Assembly: GCA_903881505.1 (NCBI GenBank)
Contig: CAIRTM010000047.1
Span: forward strand, 16,248 to 80,247
Origin: an uncultured delta proteobacterium
GTDB taxonomy: Bacteria > Desulfobacterota > WTBG01 > CAIYCZ01 > CAIRTM01
DNA length: 64,000 nt
Direction: 5' to 3'
The notes under the pieces were generated by a model. That model made no database searches. It was given only the letters and a program-made list of their open reading frames with translations, and was not told where the DNA came from. Made by a program: the position numbers and the translations under genes. Positions 1-9,500 of this stretch are shown here, piece by piece (position 1 is the stretch's first letter; the number at the start of each line of letters is the position of its first letter).

Positions 1-810
1 ATGCGCAGGACCGCCTGCATCAAAGCGGCTTTCAGGTGAGCGCTGCCTCTGACGCGGGCCCTCCGGTGGACGCGGAGGACCGCCCGGACGGCGCAGGCCG
101 GGAGGAGGCGGTTTGCGTGCCCGGTCCGGCCCCGGCTGAGCATCCGCCGGTTCCTGAACCCGTACGCGCTCACGGGGCCGCACATCCTGCGGCGCAGGCT
201 TCCGGACCTGCGCCCGGGAAGGCATATCCGCCGGAACGGCGGCCGGAACATGTTTTGTACCTCTGCCCATCACCAACGCCAGCGTTACAAAAACGAGCAC
301 TGCCAGCACGGCTATGCTCCACAGCATGGCGCTTCCCGATTGTCCTGAAGCATGCTTTCCCATACCGTCCATCCCTGTCCCATGAGGATGCGGATTGTTA
401 TGTCTGCCTGACCGGTCCGAAGAAACTGCCTGCTGGATTTTTTTAATCCACATACAGGCTCCGTTGCGTGCCGATATTCTATCCCGTATAGGTACCGTTT
501 TTGTGCGTTGGATGTCAATCGATTTTCTCCAGCGGCCGCACACGGCCGTTACGGCGAAGCAACGTGCTGCTGCTCCGGCTAAGCTGCCGGCGCGTTCAGC
601 CCGCCAGCCTGCCCCTGTTCGCCGCGCTCCCGGGGGCGCTGCCGGCACTGGTGTTCTTTTCAAAGCTCCACAGCGGCCGGATACAGACAATCGTTAACCG
701 CCGGCAGGCTGATTTCATTTGACAACCCCGGAGGAATAGTTTGAAATAAGACGTACCTGACGGAGTCCGGGCGCCCTGCTGCAGACACACCCAGCGAAAG
801 GCAACACATC

Positions 811-1290
811 ATGAGGAATCTCAGAAACGCTGCAATCATCATGCTGCTTGCAGCACTGTGCGGATGCATCACCTATCAGGCCCAGCCGGTCATGTGCCCG
901 ATGCTGTGCCGCACGCCGGCCAGCCAAGCCGACATCGCGGCTCTGTTTGACCGCTGGAACGCGTCACTGCAGACGGGTGACCCCGACAGGGTAGTCGCCA
1001 ACTATGCCGAGCGCTCAATCCTGCTGCCCACCGTGTCCAACACACCGCGCCTGACCCCGGCCGAGAAGGCGGACTACTTCCATCACTTCCTTGAAAAACA
1101 GCCTTCCGGCCGGATCGACCTCAGGCACATTGACATAAGCGGCGATATGGCGGTTGACTCAGGCCTCTACACATTCACGTTCGCGAAGACCGGCGAACAG
1201 GTGCACGGGCGCTATAGCTTTGTGTACAAATGGGACGGCAAACAGTGGCTGATCATCAGCCACCACTCATCCATGATGCCGGAACCGTAA
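811..1290 (+). CDS. SnoaL-like/DUF4440 (NTF2-fold) domain protein with N-terminal signal/lipoprotein-like peptide
   Basis: ORF track 159 aa. N-terminus MRNLRNAAIIMLLAALCGC is a hydrophobic signal peptide with Cys. The rest resembles NTF2-like DUF4440/CaMKII-association domain proteins. Confidence 0.5.
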   Translation: MRNLRNAAIIMLLAALCGCITYQAQPVMCPMLCRTPASQADIAALFDRWNASLQTGDPDRVVANYAERSILLPTVSNTPRLTPAEKADYFHHFLEKQPSGRIDLRHIDISGDMAVDSGLYTFTFAKTGEQVHGRYSFVYKWDGKQWLIISHHSSMMPEP

Positions 1291-1369
1291 CGATACCGCC
1301 GCAGCAGCAGACCATAACGTTTTTTCGGCTGCCGCGCGCGGGTGCGCACGCCCCTTGAGATAATTTTTA

Positions 1370-1399
1370 TTGACGCACCACCGGCGCACGGCTATACTT
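1370..1399 (+). promoter_or_regulatory. sigma-70-like promoter candidate (TTGACG-18 bp-TATACT) upstream of the first GT-C membrane protein gene
   Basis: ttgacg at 1370-1375 and tatact at 1394-1399 with an 18-bp spacer, in the intergenic region before the 1605 start. Confidence 0.3.
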
Positions 1400-1604
1400 T
1401 TTTAAAATAAAGCGTTCCAGCCATACGTGCCCACAACACATTCCCGGGGCAGCATGAAAAGTCCGCACAGCGCCGGCATTGCATCCCGGAAGGCTGATCT
1501 GGCGCCGTTCAAGGATACACGACAATTATGATGCGAACCGGCAGGCCGCCCTCTGCCCTGCGCCCTCAACACACATAACCGCCCACTATACACAGTTCTC
1601 TGCC

Positions 1605-3176
1605 ATGTCATCCTGCAGCACATGGTTCCATACAGCAAATGCACGCTCCCTGATTTTCTATGCGGCCGCGACGCTGATTATCACAGGGCCCCGCATCGCG
1701 CGCATGATCTACCCGGAACTGATGATTGAAGATGATTTTTATCTGCAAAGCGCTTTTCTCATATCCGCCGGTGAACAGCCGTATAACGATTTTACCCTGA
1801 ACCACTTCCCGCTCCTGGAATTCATGCTTGCCGGGCTGCTGCGGCTGTTTTCCAATCCGCTCATGGTCGCGGAAACGTTCACACAGGTATGCATTGCCAT
1901 TAATACACTGGTGGTGCTGTGCATCGGCACGCGGCTGGACAGCCGGCGCACAGGCCTGGCGGCTGCAGCCCTGTATGGCTGCAGCGCCCTCATTTTCAAG
2001 TATCATCTCTACGAACGGGAGGTTTTCGCAACCACGTTCATCGTGACGGGCCTCTACTGCTGGTTTTTTATGCGCGGGAGTTCTGCCAGAGCAGTTATTA
2101 CCGCCCTTCTCTTTTGTGCCGCCTCGCTGGTCAAGCTCACCTGCATTGTACCCTTTGCGGCACTCCTGCTCTGGGCCTGCCGGCACAGGCAGTATCGTCT
2201 CTGCTGCAGTATGCTGGCCACCTGCGCACTGTCGCTTGCCGCATGCAGTTGTGCCCTGTATGCGCTGTATGGACGGGAATTTATTTTTCAAGTCTACATA
2301 TTCCACTTCATGAAGGGCTGCCGCTCTTTGCCCGGACGAATTGAATGCTTCGTGAACAACACCGATATTACTGTTTTTCTGGGTGTTCTTGGTTTGCTTT
2401 TCTACCGCCCTCGCGACACGCACGGACACTGGGGCCTGATAAAGCTGCTGATGCTCGCCTACCCGGTGTTTTTCATCTTCATCAGCTCAACGGTATGGCC
2501 TCACAATCTGCTTGAAATGCTGATTTCAGCCGCGCTTGTCGGCGGCGCCTTCATATCGCGCATGCTGCAGGGCATACCAAAGGCGGCACGGTCCGGAGCG
2601 CTGATGAAAATTATTGCACCGCGCCCGCTGCTCATCAGCGCAGCTGCTGCTGTCTCGTTTTTTTTGATACAGCCCTGGGAGATTGAAGGCGCGCGCGACA
2701 GGCTCAACCACTCTTACGGCTTTGGCGCTATCCCGCGCAGCGAAATACGCGAGGCCTCCGGCTACATACAAGAGCATACGCGGCCCGATGACTACATCTG
2801 CAGCCCCGTCCCGCTCGTTGCCTTCGCGAGCTCACGGAAGACAGTGCTGAACTACTGGGAAAGCACCGGGGTCGAGGCCTGGCTTCGTGAACGCATCGCA
2901 CACCAGGGCCTGTGGAGGACATTTCTTGAAACCCGAAAAGTCCGTTTTGTTGATCTCATAGCCGAAACATCCCTGCGCCAGACACAAACAGCTTTCCGCC
3001 GGCAGGCGCTGCTGAAGAAGCCCGTGCTTGTCGTGAAGCCGGATTTTCCGGGTGAAGAGCCTTTCGGGGCCAGACTGGCGCTGGGGATCATCGATGAATA
3101 TGCCGGAAACGTGCTGTTCCGAAACCGTTTTTTCATAATCTCCGAATGCAGAATGCGGGCACCTGATGGAAATTGA
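1605..3176 (+). CDS. polytopic membrane protein, GT-C-type glycosyltransferase-like (PMT_2/ArnT-like)
   Basis: ORF track 1479..3176. The protein has many hydrophobic segments of TM length. The N-terminal stretch YPELMIEDDFYLQSAFLISAGEQPYNDF after the first TM helix resembles the GT39/83 (ArnT/PMT) loop. Start at 1605 (MSSCSTW...) was chosen so that the first TM follows the start; alternative starts are 1479 and 1704. Confidence 0.45.
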   Translation: MSSCSTWFHTANARSLIFYAAATLIITGPRIARMIYPELMIEDDFYLQSAFLISAGEQPYNDFTLNHFPLLEFMLAGLLRLFSNPLMVAETFTQVCIAINTLVVLCIGTRLDSRRTGLAAAALYGCSALIFKYHLYEREVFATTFIVTGLYCWFFMRGSSARAVITALLFCAASLVKLTCIVPFAALLLWACRHRQYRLCCSMLATCALSLAACSCALYALYGREFIFQVYIFHFMKGCRSLPGRIECFVNNTDITVFLGVLGLLFYRPRDTHGHWGLIKLLMLAYPVFFIFISSTVWPHNLLEMLISAALVGGAFISRMLQGIPKAARSGALMKIIAPRPLLISAAAAVSFFLIQPWEIEGARDRLNHSYGFGAIPRSEIREASGYIQEHTRPDDYICSPVPLVAFASSRKTVLNYWESTGVEAWLRERIAHQGLWRTFLETRKVRFVDLIAETSLRQTQTAFRRQALLKKPVLVVKPDFPGEEPFGARLALGIIDEYAGNVLFRNRFFIISECRMRAPDGN

Positions 3177-4974
3177 TCCGAAAACCCCACGGAATCGGGA
3201 CAGGACGCCGGTACGATATGCATGCCTGTTTTTTATTACAGGGCTGGTCCTGTGTGTCCTGTATGCAACCGCCGGCACGCGCCTTCTCACCGTCTCATTC
3301 ACATACTACCTGCACAGCTACAGCTTTCAGCTGAGAAACGTCCTGTTCCTCCTGCCGGCGCTTGTTTGCTTTGCATGTGCCCTGTCCCCCGTATTCGTGC
3401 CGGTGTACAGCACGCTGCGGTCTTGTATCATGAAGCCCAGCCCCTGGATATTTTTATCCGTAACGTGCGTCGCTTTCATGACTGCCGCCGCCGGGGTATG
3501 CCTTGCGGTCCTTGGAGGAATCCCGCACATACAGGACTCTATTGTCCAGCTTTTCCAGGCGCGTATTTTCGCCTCCGGCTCTATCGCCCTGCCCTCGCCC
3601 GCACACGCGCATTTTTTTGACATGCAGTATGTAATTGATAACGGCACGATCCGCTATGGAAAATACTTCTTCGGACAGAGCATATTCCCGCTGATCGGCG
3701 TATTGATCGGGGCTCCGTGGATCATCAACCCGATTGTCGGCGCAATGACCATAATCGTTACATACATGCTGGTTAAAGATATCTGCGACGAAACAACCGC
3801 CCGCGTCACAACGCTTCTGCTGCTGGTTTCGCCTTTTTATCTGTTTATGCATGCCTCATTTATGTCGCACGGACCCCATCTGCTGCTCATGACCTCCTGT
3901 CTTTTTTCGATCATCAGGGCGTGTACCACCGGCCGTGCCCGGCACTGCCTTGCCGCCGGGCTGCTTTTCGGTATTGCCATCACGATCAAGCCGTATGACT
4001 CTTTGCTTTTTCTTCTCCCGTTTTTTTTATACGCCTGTACCGTGTGTATGCGCATGCCGGGCTTTGCCGCCAAGGTCCTCCTGTTTGCGCTGCCTGTCGG
4101 CATATGCGCGGCAGGCATGCTGTTGTACAACAAACTTCTGTTCGGCGGTTATTTAACGACCGGGTATACTCAGTACTCGCCGCACTTCAAGCTGGGCTTC
4201 GGTTCGCAAATCGGAGAAGTGTGCCTGGGGGGCGGCACCCTGCCGGGGCATACGCCGCTGGAGGGGATCAAAAGCTGCGCCAAGCTTCTGCAGGCGCTGT
4301 GTGACGACCTGTTCGGCTGGCCCGGCCTTTCGCTCGTCTTTGCATGCATGCTGTTTCTATGCTGCAGGACAACCCGCTGGGAGCGGCTGATGGCCCTGTC
4401 ATTCGCCTGTATCGTTACAGGCTATTTTTTCCTTTTCGCCACGCGCTACTCGATCTGCTACGGCCCCCGCTACTACTTTGTCAGCCTGCCGGCACTTGCA
4501 CTGTTTACCGCCAGGGGAATACTCCAATGTCCGCGACTGCTTGCGGCCGGTTTCCTGCACCGCTGGACGGGCGGCCCGGGCAGCCGAAAAGCCGCGGCAG
4601 CACTGTGCGTGATTTTTCTTATTGTCCTTTCCGGCTCACTGTACATGCCCCGGATGATAAAAACCTACGGGGATTCCTACTGGAACGTTGACAAAAAACT
4701 GGTCAACCTCGTGCGCGAACAGGGCCTGAACAACGCGCTTATTTTCGTGGAGTCCGGATACTACCGTAAGCCCCATGCTGCGCCGGACTATTACAATTCG
4801 GTATTCAATTACAATGCGCTTGATCTGGACGGCCCTGTTGTCTATGCCCGCGATTTCGGCCCGGATGAAAACCGGATACTCATGGAACACTACCCGGGCC
4901 GGGACTATTACCTGTACAGGAACACCGGCGAAGCCGGGCGCGCGCTGATCAAAATCACCGCCCCCGGCACATGA
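3166..4974 (+). CDS. polytopic membrane protein, GT-C-type glycosyltransferase-like
   Basis: ORF track 602 aa. About 12 hydrophobic helices with a hydrophilic C-terminal domain (~130 aa). Overlaps the upstream gene by 11 nt, suggesting translational coupling. Confidence 0.45.
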   Translation: MEIDPKTPRNRDRTPVRYACLFFITGLVLCVLYATAGTRLLTVSFTYYLHSYSFQLRNVLFLLPALVCFACALSPVFVPVYSTLRSCIMKPSPWIFLSVTCVAFMTAAAGVCLAVLGGIPHIQDSIVQLFQARIFASGSIALPSPAHAHFFDMQYVIDNGTIRYGKYFFGQSIFPLIGVLIGAPWIINPIVGAMTIIVTYMLVKDICDETTARVTTLLLLVSPFYLFMHASFMSHGPHLLLMTSCLFSIIRACTTGRARHCLAAGLLFGIAITIKPYDSLLFLLPFFLYACTVCMRMPGFAAKVLLFALPVGICAAGMLLYNKLLFGGYLTTGYTQYSPHFKLGFGSQIGEVCLGGGTLPGHTPLEGIKSCAKLLQALCDDLFGWPGLSLVFACMLFLCCRTTRWERLMALSFACIVTGYFFLFATRYSICYGPRYYFVSLPALALFTARGILQCPRLLAAGFLHRWTGGPGSRKAAAALCVIFLIVLSGSLYMPRMIKTYGDSYWNVDKKLVNLVREQGLNNALIFVESGYYRKPHAAPDYYNSVFNYNALDLDGPVVYARDFGPDENRILMEHYPGRDYYLYRNTGEAGRALIKITAPGT

Positions 4975-6346
4975 CCATCCCCCTGCCGCGGGCCAGCGCC
5001 GCATGAATCAGAGCCCCGAGCAGAACGGAGGTGAGCGTCGCGACAGGGAAGGAATAGCGATACATAACCGCAACGAGCAGGTACGGGAATGCATACCCGA
5101 GGATGTATGCATACATGCATCCGCATTGACGATTGAAGCACCTCCGTCCGATCAGCGCAAAAACCACGAGCGTTACGCCCGGAACGGCATAGCCGATATA
5201 CCGCAGGGCCATCCAGAACGATATGCCCGGCAGTTCCGCGTGATATCTGAAAACAAAGAAAAAGTACATGAGTCTCCTGGCGGTTGTGCGTGCAAAACGG
5301 CCGGGATCGAAGTCCCGCTTAAAGAGCTCCCGTTTCGACAGGATATATGCGCCCTCGCCAAGCCGGCTGTAGAGGAGGAACTCCTGCCCGTTAACGGCAG
5401 GATGCTGGCGTGCGAACACGGCATCATCAAGGTAGCCGTCGGATTCCGGTGAATTGCCGTTGTACAGCTCGAAAGCTCCGTTTGATTTGATAAAGCTGAG
5501 TGTGCCGGTTCTGTTTTTTTGATACAGAACATACGGCCCGATAACACAGCCCATGACAATAACCGCCGCGCACACATGCGCGGCGGCGCGAGCCGGATGT
5601 GCCCTGTGACAGGCCGTATGGGCGGCCAGCACGGCCGCGATGGCGAACGCAAGGACGGGAACGAACAAAAGCGCGACACCGGCGCACAACGAAACCGCCA
5701 GCAGCCGCACGAATGTGGTGCGTGCGAAGTACCGCATGCACAGGTAGAACACCAGCACAAAAAAGAAAGAATGAAGGTTAAAATCCTGCTGGTATCCCTG
5801 GAAGTACAGCTCAACATCCTGCAGTGAGAGCGCGAATGCCGCTGCGCCTGCAATCGCCGCGCCGGCGCTTGAAAACATGAGCAGGCCCAGGCGGTACACC
5901 ATCACGATGATTGCCGCGGACAGTACCAGTGAAATACCGAAGAGAAAAAAAAGGGCCCCGGGTGAAAAGCACCCGAACAGCTTGAAGGCGAGGCAATAGA
6001 CCATCACCGATCCCGGAGCGACCCATGCGGTAGGGCCGGTGCTGCCTCCGAAAGGGCTTGCAAACCCCTGCTGTGCGCAGACGATTGCATGCGCTATGTT
6101 GCCGATCTCAAAGCCGAAATCACTGACCCAGGGGAGCTCCGGTGCCGCCATACCGGGCTTCAGCGGACATGCGGCCGTTTGAAACAGCGCCGGATGGCGC
6201 TGCACGTTCATATACAGCAGGCCGATGCGCAGCAGCAGGGCGATGGCAATAATACACGGAAGGATTGTTCTGGTATGTCTCATGGCGATCTGCACGTCAG
6301 CGTTCCGCGCTCTCATGCACGGCCCACGCACCTGACGCCTTTTCAA
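4955..6346 (-). CDS. polytopic integral membrane protein (uncharacterized, possible GT-C-like)
   Basis: ORF track 463 aa, highly hydrophobic. An alternative start at 6283 (MRHTRTIL...) is possible. Its 3' end overlaps the convergent gene 3166..4974 by 20 nt. Confidence 0.4.
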   Translation of the reverse strand: MKRRQVRGPCMRARNADVQIAMRHTRTILPCIIAIALLLRIGLLYMNVQRHPALFQTAACPLKPGMAAPELPWVSDFGFEIGNIAHAIVCAQQGFASPFGGSTGPTAWVAPGSVMVYCLAFKLFGCFSPGALFFLFGISLVLSAAIIVMVYRLGLLMFSSAGAAIAGAAAFALSLQDVELYFQGYQQDFNLHSFFFVLVFYLCMRYFARTTFVRLLAVSLCAGVALLFVPVLAFAIAAVLAAHTACHRAHPARAAAHVCAAVIVMGCVIGPYVLYQKNRTGTLSFIKSNGAFELYNGNSPESDGYLDDAVFARQHPAVNGQEFLLYSRLGEGAYILSKRELFKRDFDPGRFARTTARRLMYFFFVFRYHAELPGISFWMALRYIGYAVPGVTLVVFALIGRRCFNRQCGCMYAYILGYAFPYLLVAVMYRYSFPVATLTSVLLGALIHAALARGRGMVMCRGR

Positions 6347-6354
6347 TACATGCT

Positions 6355-7935
6355 TTACCGCAGGGGCTTTGTTCGATCCGTATTCGCATACAGCCGCCAG
6401 GGGCCGCTTTGTTTGACAATGCTGAAGTGCCGTAATTTCTCCCGGGCCTGCGCGGGGATATCGCCGCGCACCAGCAGGTAATCAAGGCCGCCGTACCGGC
6501 CGTCATATTCGCACGCCCCCTTACCCACCCAGCCGATATACCTGGGCAGCACATCCGTACCCACCCGGCGGCGGATGGCAAACGAGCGCTCGTCGGTAAG
6601 CCGCGTTGTGCTGATGCCCCGCCGCCAGACCATGCAGTAGTCCGGAAAGTTGTCATACATGGAAACATTACGGAAGCGGTAGTCATAGATCAAGCCGCCG
6701 ACAACGGCATCGGCGGCGCAGCCGGCGAACAGCTCCTCATTAAAACCGGCGTTGGCGGAGTCAAAAGCTCGGAAACACTGCAGCCACAGGGCAGCGTGCA
6801 CAGCGACGGCAGCGCATATGCATATTTTCATCCACGCAGGCAAAACGCGCGGAGCCGCAAGGCTGCCGGCTATAATGACGCCCAGGAAAACCAGGACCGA
6901 AAACCGCTGGTATAAAAAACTGTAGCCGGGCAGCGCCACCGGCATAAAAAGCGCACATGCCACGCTGCATCCCAGAAAAATACATATGCAGTAAAACCCG
7001 GCCGGGCGCGCGGTTCTGCCCTTGTGTCGTTTTTGCAGAAACGGGAATGCAGCAAAAAACAAGGTGGCCAGCGAAAATGCAGCGGCCGCCGCATATCCGG
7101 ACAGCGTGCCTGACAGCCGGAAATTATCATGGATCATGACAGCTCCGCGCTGCCAGAAAGAGCCCGCAAATGAATGCCGGTAATAGTGCAGCAGCGCCTG
7201 CATCATGGAGGATCCGCCGTACTCGCGGGAATCGATTGTATACCAGGCAGCGAAAAGCACCATGCCCGGGATGCAGATCCCCAGATGCACGGGGAAACGG
7301 CGCCATGCGCCGTGGCGGCACATGTCAAACAGCACGCAGGCGGCATACACCATGACGGCATACAGGAACGCCATGGCGTGCATGAAAAAAATACCGGGCA
7401 GCAGCACGGCAATCCACAGTGCCGCCGGCGCGCTTCGATGTTCGATATAATCGATTACAGCGTACAGCAGGAAGAGCAGGGCCGGTACTGCGATGGTAAA
7501 GCCCGTAAACCCGTAGCAGACGTTGATGTTGTAAAGAAACAGGAACGCCAGCAGGCCATACCATGGATTGCCTGTGCAGCGGCCGATCAGCAGCGCTGCT
7601 CCCGCAACGAACAGCACTGCATACATGACGTAAAAAAACCTGTTGGCCGCTTCGACACCCGGAAACAGCTTAGAACCGCAGAGCACCGTATGAACCACAT
7701 TCGGCCGCGGAAACATATTCAGCGAAAAAATTTTTTCAAACTGATTATCCGGATTGCCATAGGATTTATATATTTCAGCAAGCGCCAGATGGTTGGGCAT
7801 GTCCAGAAAGGGGTACAGCCTCTGAAAGCCGAAATTATAACTGTGGACGCTTAAAAGGACGATAAACGCAAGCCAGAAGAACTTGTCCCTGAACCCAGGG
7901 CTGCGCGCAGGCTCCTCGCTTTTCACGGCTATCAT
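6355..7935 (-). CDS. polytopic integral membrane protein (uncharacterized)
   Basis: ORF track 526 aa with more than 10 hydrophobic helices. ATGA start/stop overlap with the upstream gene 7932..9500. Confidence 0.4.
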   Translation of the reverse strand: MIAVKSEEPARSPGFRDKFFWLAFIVLLSVHSYNFGFQRLYPFLDMPNHLALAEIYKSYGNPDNQFEKIFSLNMFPRPNVVHTVLCGSKLFPGVEAANRFFYVMYAVLFVAGAALLIGRCTGNPWYGLLAFLFLYNINVCYGFTGFTIAVPALLFLLYAVIDYIEHRSAPAALWIAVLLPGIFFMHAMAFLYAVMVYAACVLFDMCRHGAWRRFPVHLGICIPGMVLFAAWYTIDSREYGGSSMMQALLHYYRHSFAGSFWQRGAVMIHDNFRLSGTLSGYAAAAAFSLATLFFAAFPFLQKRHKGRTARPAGFYCICIFLGCSVACALFMPVALPGYSFLYQRFSVLVFLGVIIAGSLAAPRVLPAWMKICICAAVAVHAALWLQCFRAFDSANAGFNEELFAGCAADAVVGGLIYDYRFRNVSMYDNFPDYCMVWRRGISTTRLTDERSFAIRRRVGTDVLPRYIGWVGKGACEYDGRYGGLDYLLVRGDIPAQAREKLRHFSIVKQSGPWRLYANTDRTKPLR

Positions 7936-9500
7936 TGCACACCACCCTCGTCTGCCTTCTGCAGGCGGAATAAAACGCTCCCCGCCTGACGTGCCCAGTG
8001 AAAGCCCGTCCGGTGTTGCTCAGCGATAAAATTCAGCGCCGGCGCAACAACGAAAACGGGGCGTTCAGACAGCAGCTTCTCCAGGGCTGCGGGATTCCCG
8101 CCATAGCGGCCTGCCATAGCAGTGTGATTCTCCAGCGCAACGCCCCCGGCACCGGGCGCTGTCATCCGGGTCAGCAGCAATGGGTAGTACGAAGTGCTGT
8201 CACACACGATCATGCCGTCAGGGGCGGCTTCGCTCAATGCTGCCGAGGCAAAGCGCTCGGCTGATCGCTCGGTATGCTTCCAGGGCACAATCCAGTAGCG
8301 CATTTCATCCCGGAACGGCAGAACGCGGTCGCGTTTGACGCTGATATGCAGCCTGTTCATGGCGGCGGGCAGCACGGCATACGTCAGCGGCATCAGGACA
8401 ATTGAAGTCAGGCAGGCGGCGATAACCGCATTCCTCCGCGCGGCCGTTCGGCGTGCGAGGGCATCAATGCCCACCGCCATGCCCAGGCTGAACAGCACCA
8501 GTGACGGCAGAATAAAGGTAAACTGATCAGGCACTGAGTAACGCAGGAAAAAAACACCGTGCAGGCCCAGCAGGGCGAACAGCGGCCAGGCGGTCTGTCT
8601 GCCGGCTGTTGTACGCATCTGTATCCAGCCAACGATGCCGAGGAACAGACCGGCATGTACAAAATTCAGGCTGCTTAAGGCGGCATTGACGCCCATCAGG
8701 CCCCAGCCCGCGCGTACATTAAAGACCTGCCCGGCATACCCGCTGAACAGCATTGATGCAGCGGCCGCCTGTATGTCACCGGTTTGCATGGCCGTACGCA
8801 TCACCAGCCAGGCAAGCGGAGCCGCCCCGCACACACATGCAGCCGCGGCGGCCGGTACGGCTGCGAATTCAAGACGGCGGCCTTTTATGAAAACCAGCAT
8901 GCACGCGGCATAAACCGGCACGCTCAGCAGCGCCAGATTATGGATCCCGATATTCAAACCGAGAAGCAAAAAAAGGCCGGAAAACCCCTGTATCGAAGGG
9001 CGGCGAAGACAGGAAAAAAGCGCGATCAGCTCACCGCTGAAAAACGCCGCGTTCCATGTGTACACTTCAGTAATGGTCGACAGCCACCACGGCGTATGCA
9101 TCACCGCCAGCATGCCGGCTGTCAGCAGGCCTGTCCAGCTCCTGCCGGTTAGCATCCAGCCGAGGATCGCAACGTTGGCCAGTGTAACGGCCATGCCTGC
9201 TCCGCTGCACAGGCTCAGGCGCAGCCATTCAGCTCCGAAGGGCAGCAGCAGAAAAAGCCGTGCTATGATTATATAGAGCGGATGTGCAAGCGCAAGGCCA
9301 AGACTGCCTGTATAGTCACCCGTCAGCGCCCTGAACTGCAGCATGCCGCTGTCCTGCCAGCCGACACCCGGCTGCGCTGTCAAAGCGTACAGAACAAATC
9401 CGGCAGATGCGACACCGAACCAAAGGGCGCTGCGTGCGAGCGGACTCCCGGGAAAGCGCGATATCGGCTGCTGCATGGCCATGGATACCCCCCTACACAC
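7932..9500 (-). CDS. DUF2723/TMEM260-like polytopic membrane protein (GT-C-like)
   Basis: ORF track 522 aa. The N-terminal region (GVGWQDSGMLQFRALTGDYTGSLGLALAHPLYIIIARLFLLLPFG) resembles the DUF2723 family (TMEM260-like) and has many TM segments. Overlaps the PHP gene by 8 nt. Confidence 0.45.
   Translation of the reverse strand: MCRGVSMAMQQPISRFPGSPLARSALWFGVASAGFVLYALTAQPGVGWQDSGMLQFRALTGDYTGSLGLALAHPLYIIIARLFLLLPFGAEWLRLSLCSGAGMAVTLANVAILGWMLTGRSWTGLLTAGMLAVMHTPWWLSTITEVYTWNAAFFSGELIALFSCLRRPSIQGFSGLFLLLGLNIGIHNLALLSVPVYAACMLVFIKGRRLEFAAVPAAAAACVCGAAPLAWLVMRTAMQTGDIQAAAASMLFSGYAGQVFNVRAGWGLMGVNAALSSLNFVHAGLFLGIVGWIQMRTTAGRQTAWPLFALLGLHGVFFLRYSVPDQFTFILPSLVLFSLGMAVGIDALARRTAARRNAVIAACLTSIVLMPLTYAVLPAAMNRLHISVKRDRVLPFRDEMRYWIVPWKHTERSAERFASAALSEAAPDGMIVCDSTSYYPLLLTRMTAPGAGGVALENHTAMAGRYGGNPAALEKLLSERPVFVVAPALNFIAEQHRTGFHWARQAGSVLFRLQKADEGGVQ

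Noticed and set aside
36-446. 136-aa ORF (Pro/Ala-rich: PAPAEHPPVPEPVRAHGAAHPAAQASGPAPG...)
   Set aside because: Low-complexity composition typical of spurious frames in 62% GC DNA. It has no RBS and no family resemblance. Kept only as an open question under findings.
1608-2429. 273-aa minus-strand ORF antisense to the first GT-C membrane gene, and similar long antisense ORFs (9694-10635 +, 14142-14768 +, 15185-16012 +, 17203-18246 -, 26364-27248 +, 33786-34589 +, 35610-36437 +, 37764-38543 +, 44867-45766 +, 47301-48638 +, 50387-52111 +)
   Set aside because: Each lies wholly inside, and antisense to, a gene with clear family signatures. Their translations are Arg/Ala/Gly-rich with no motifs. 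This is the expected GC-driven open-frame artefact.
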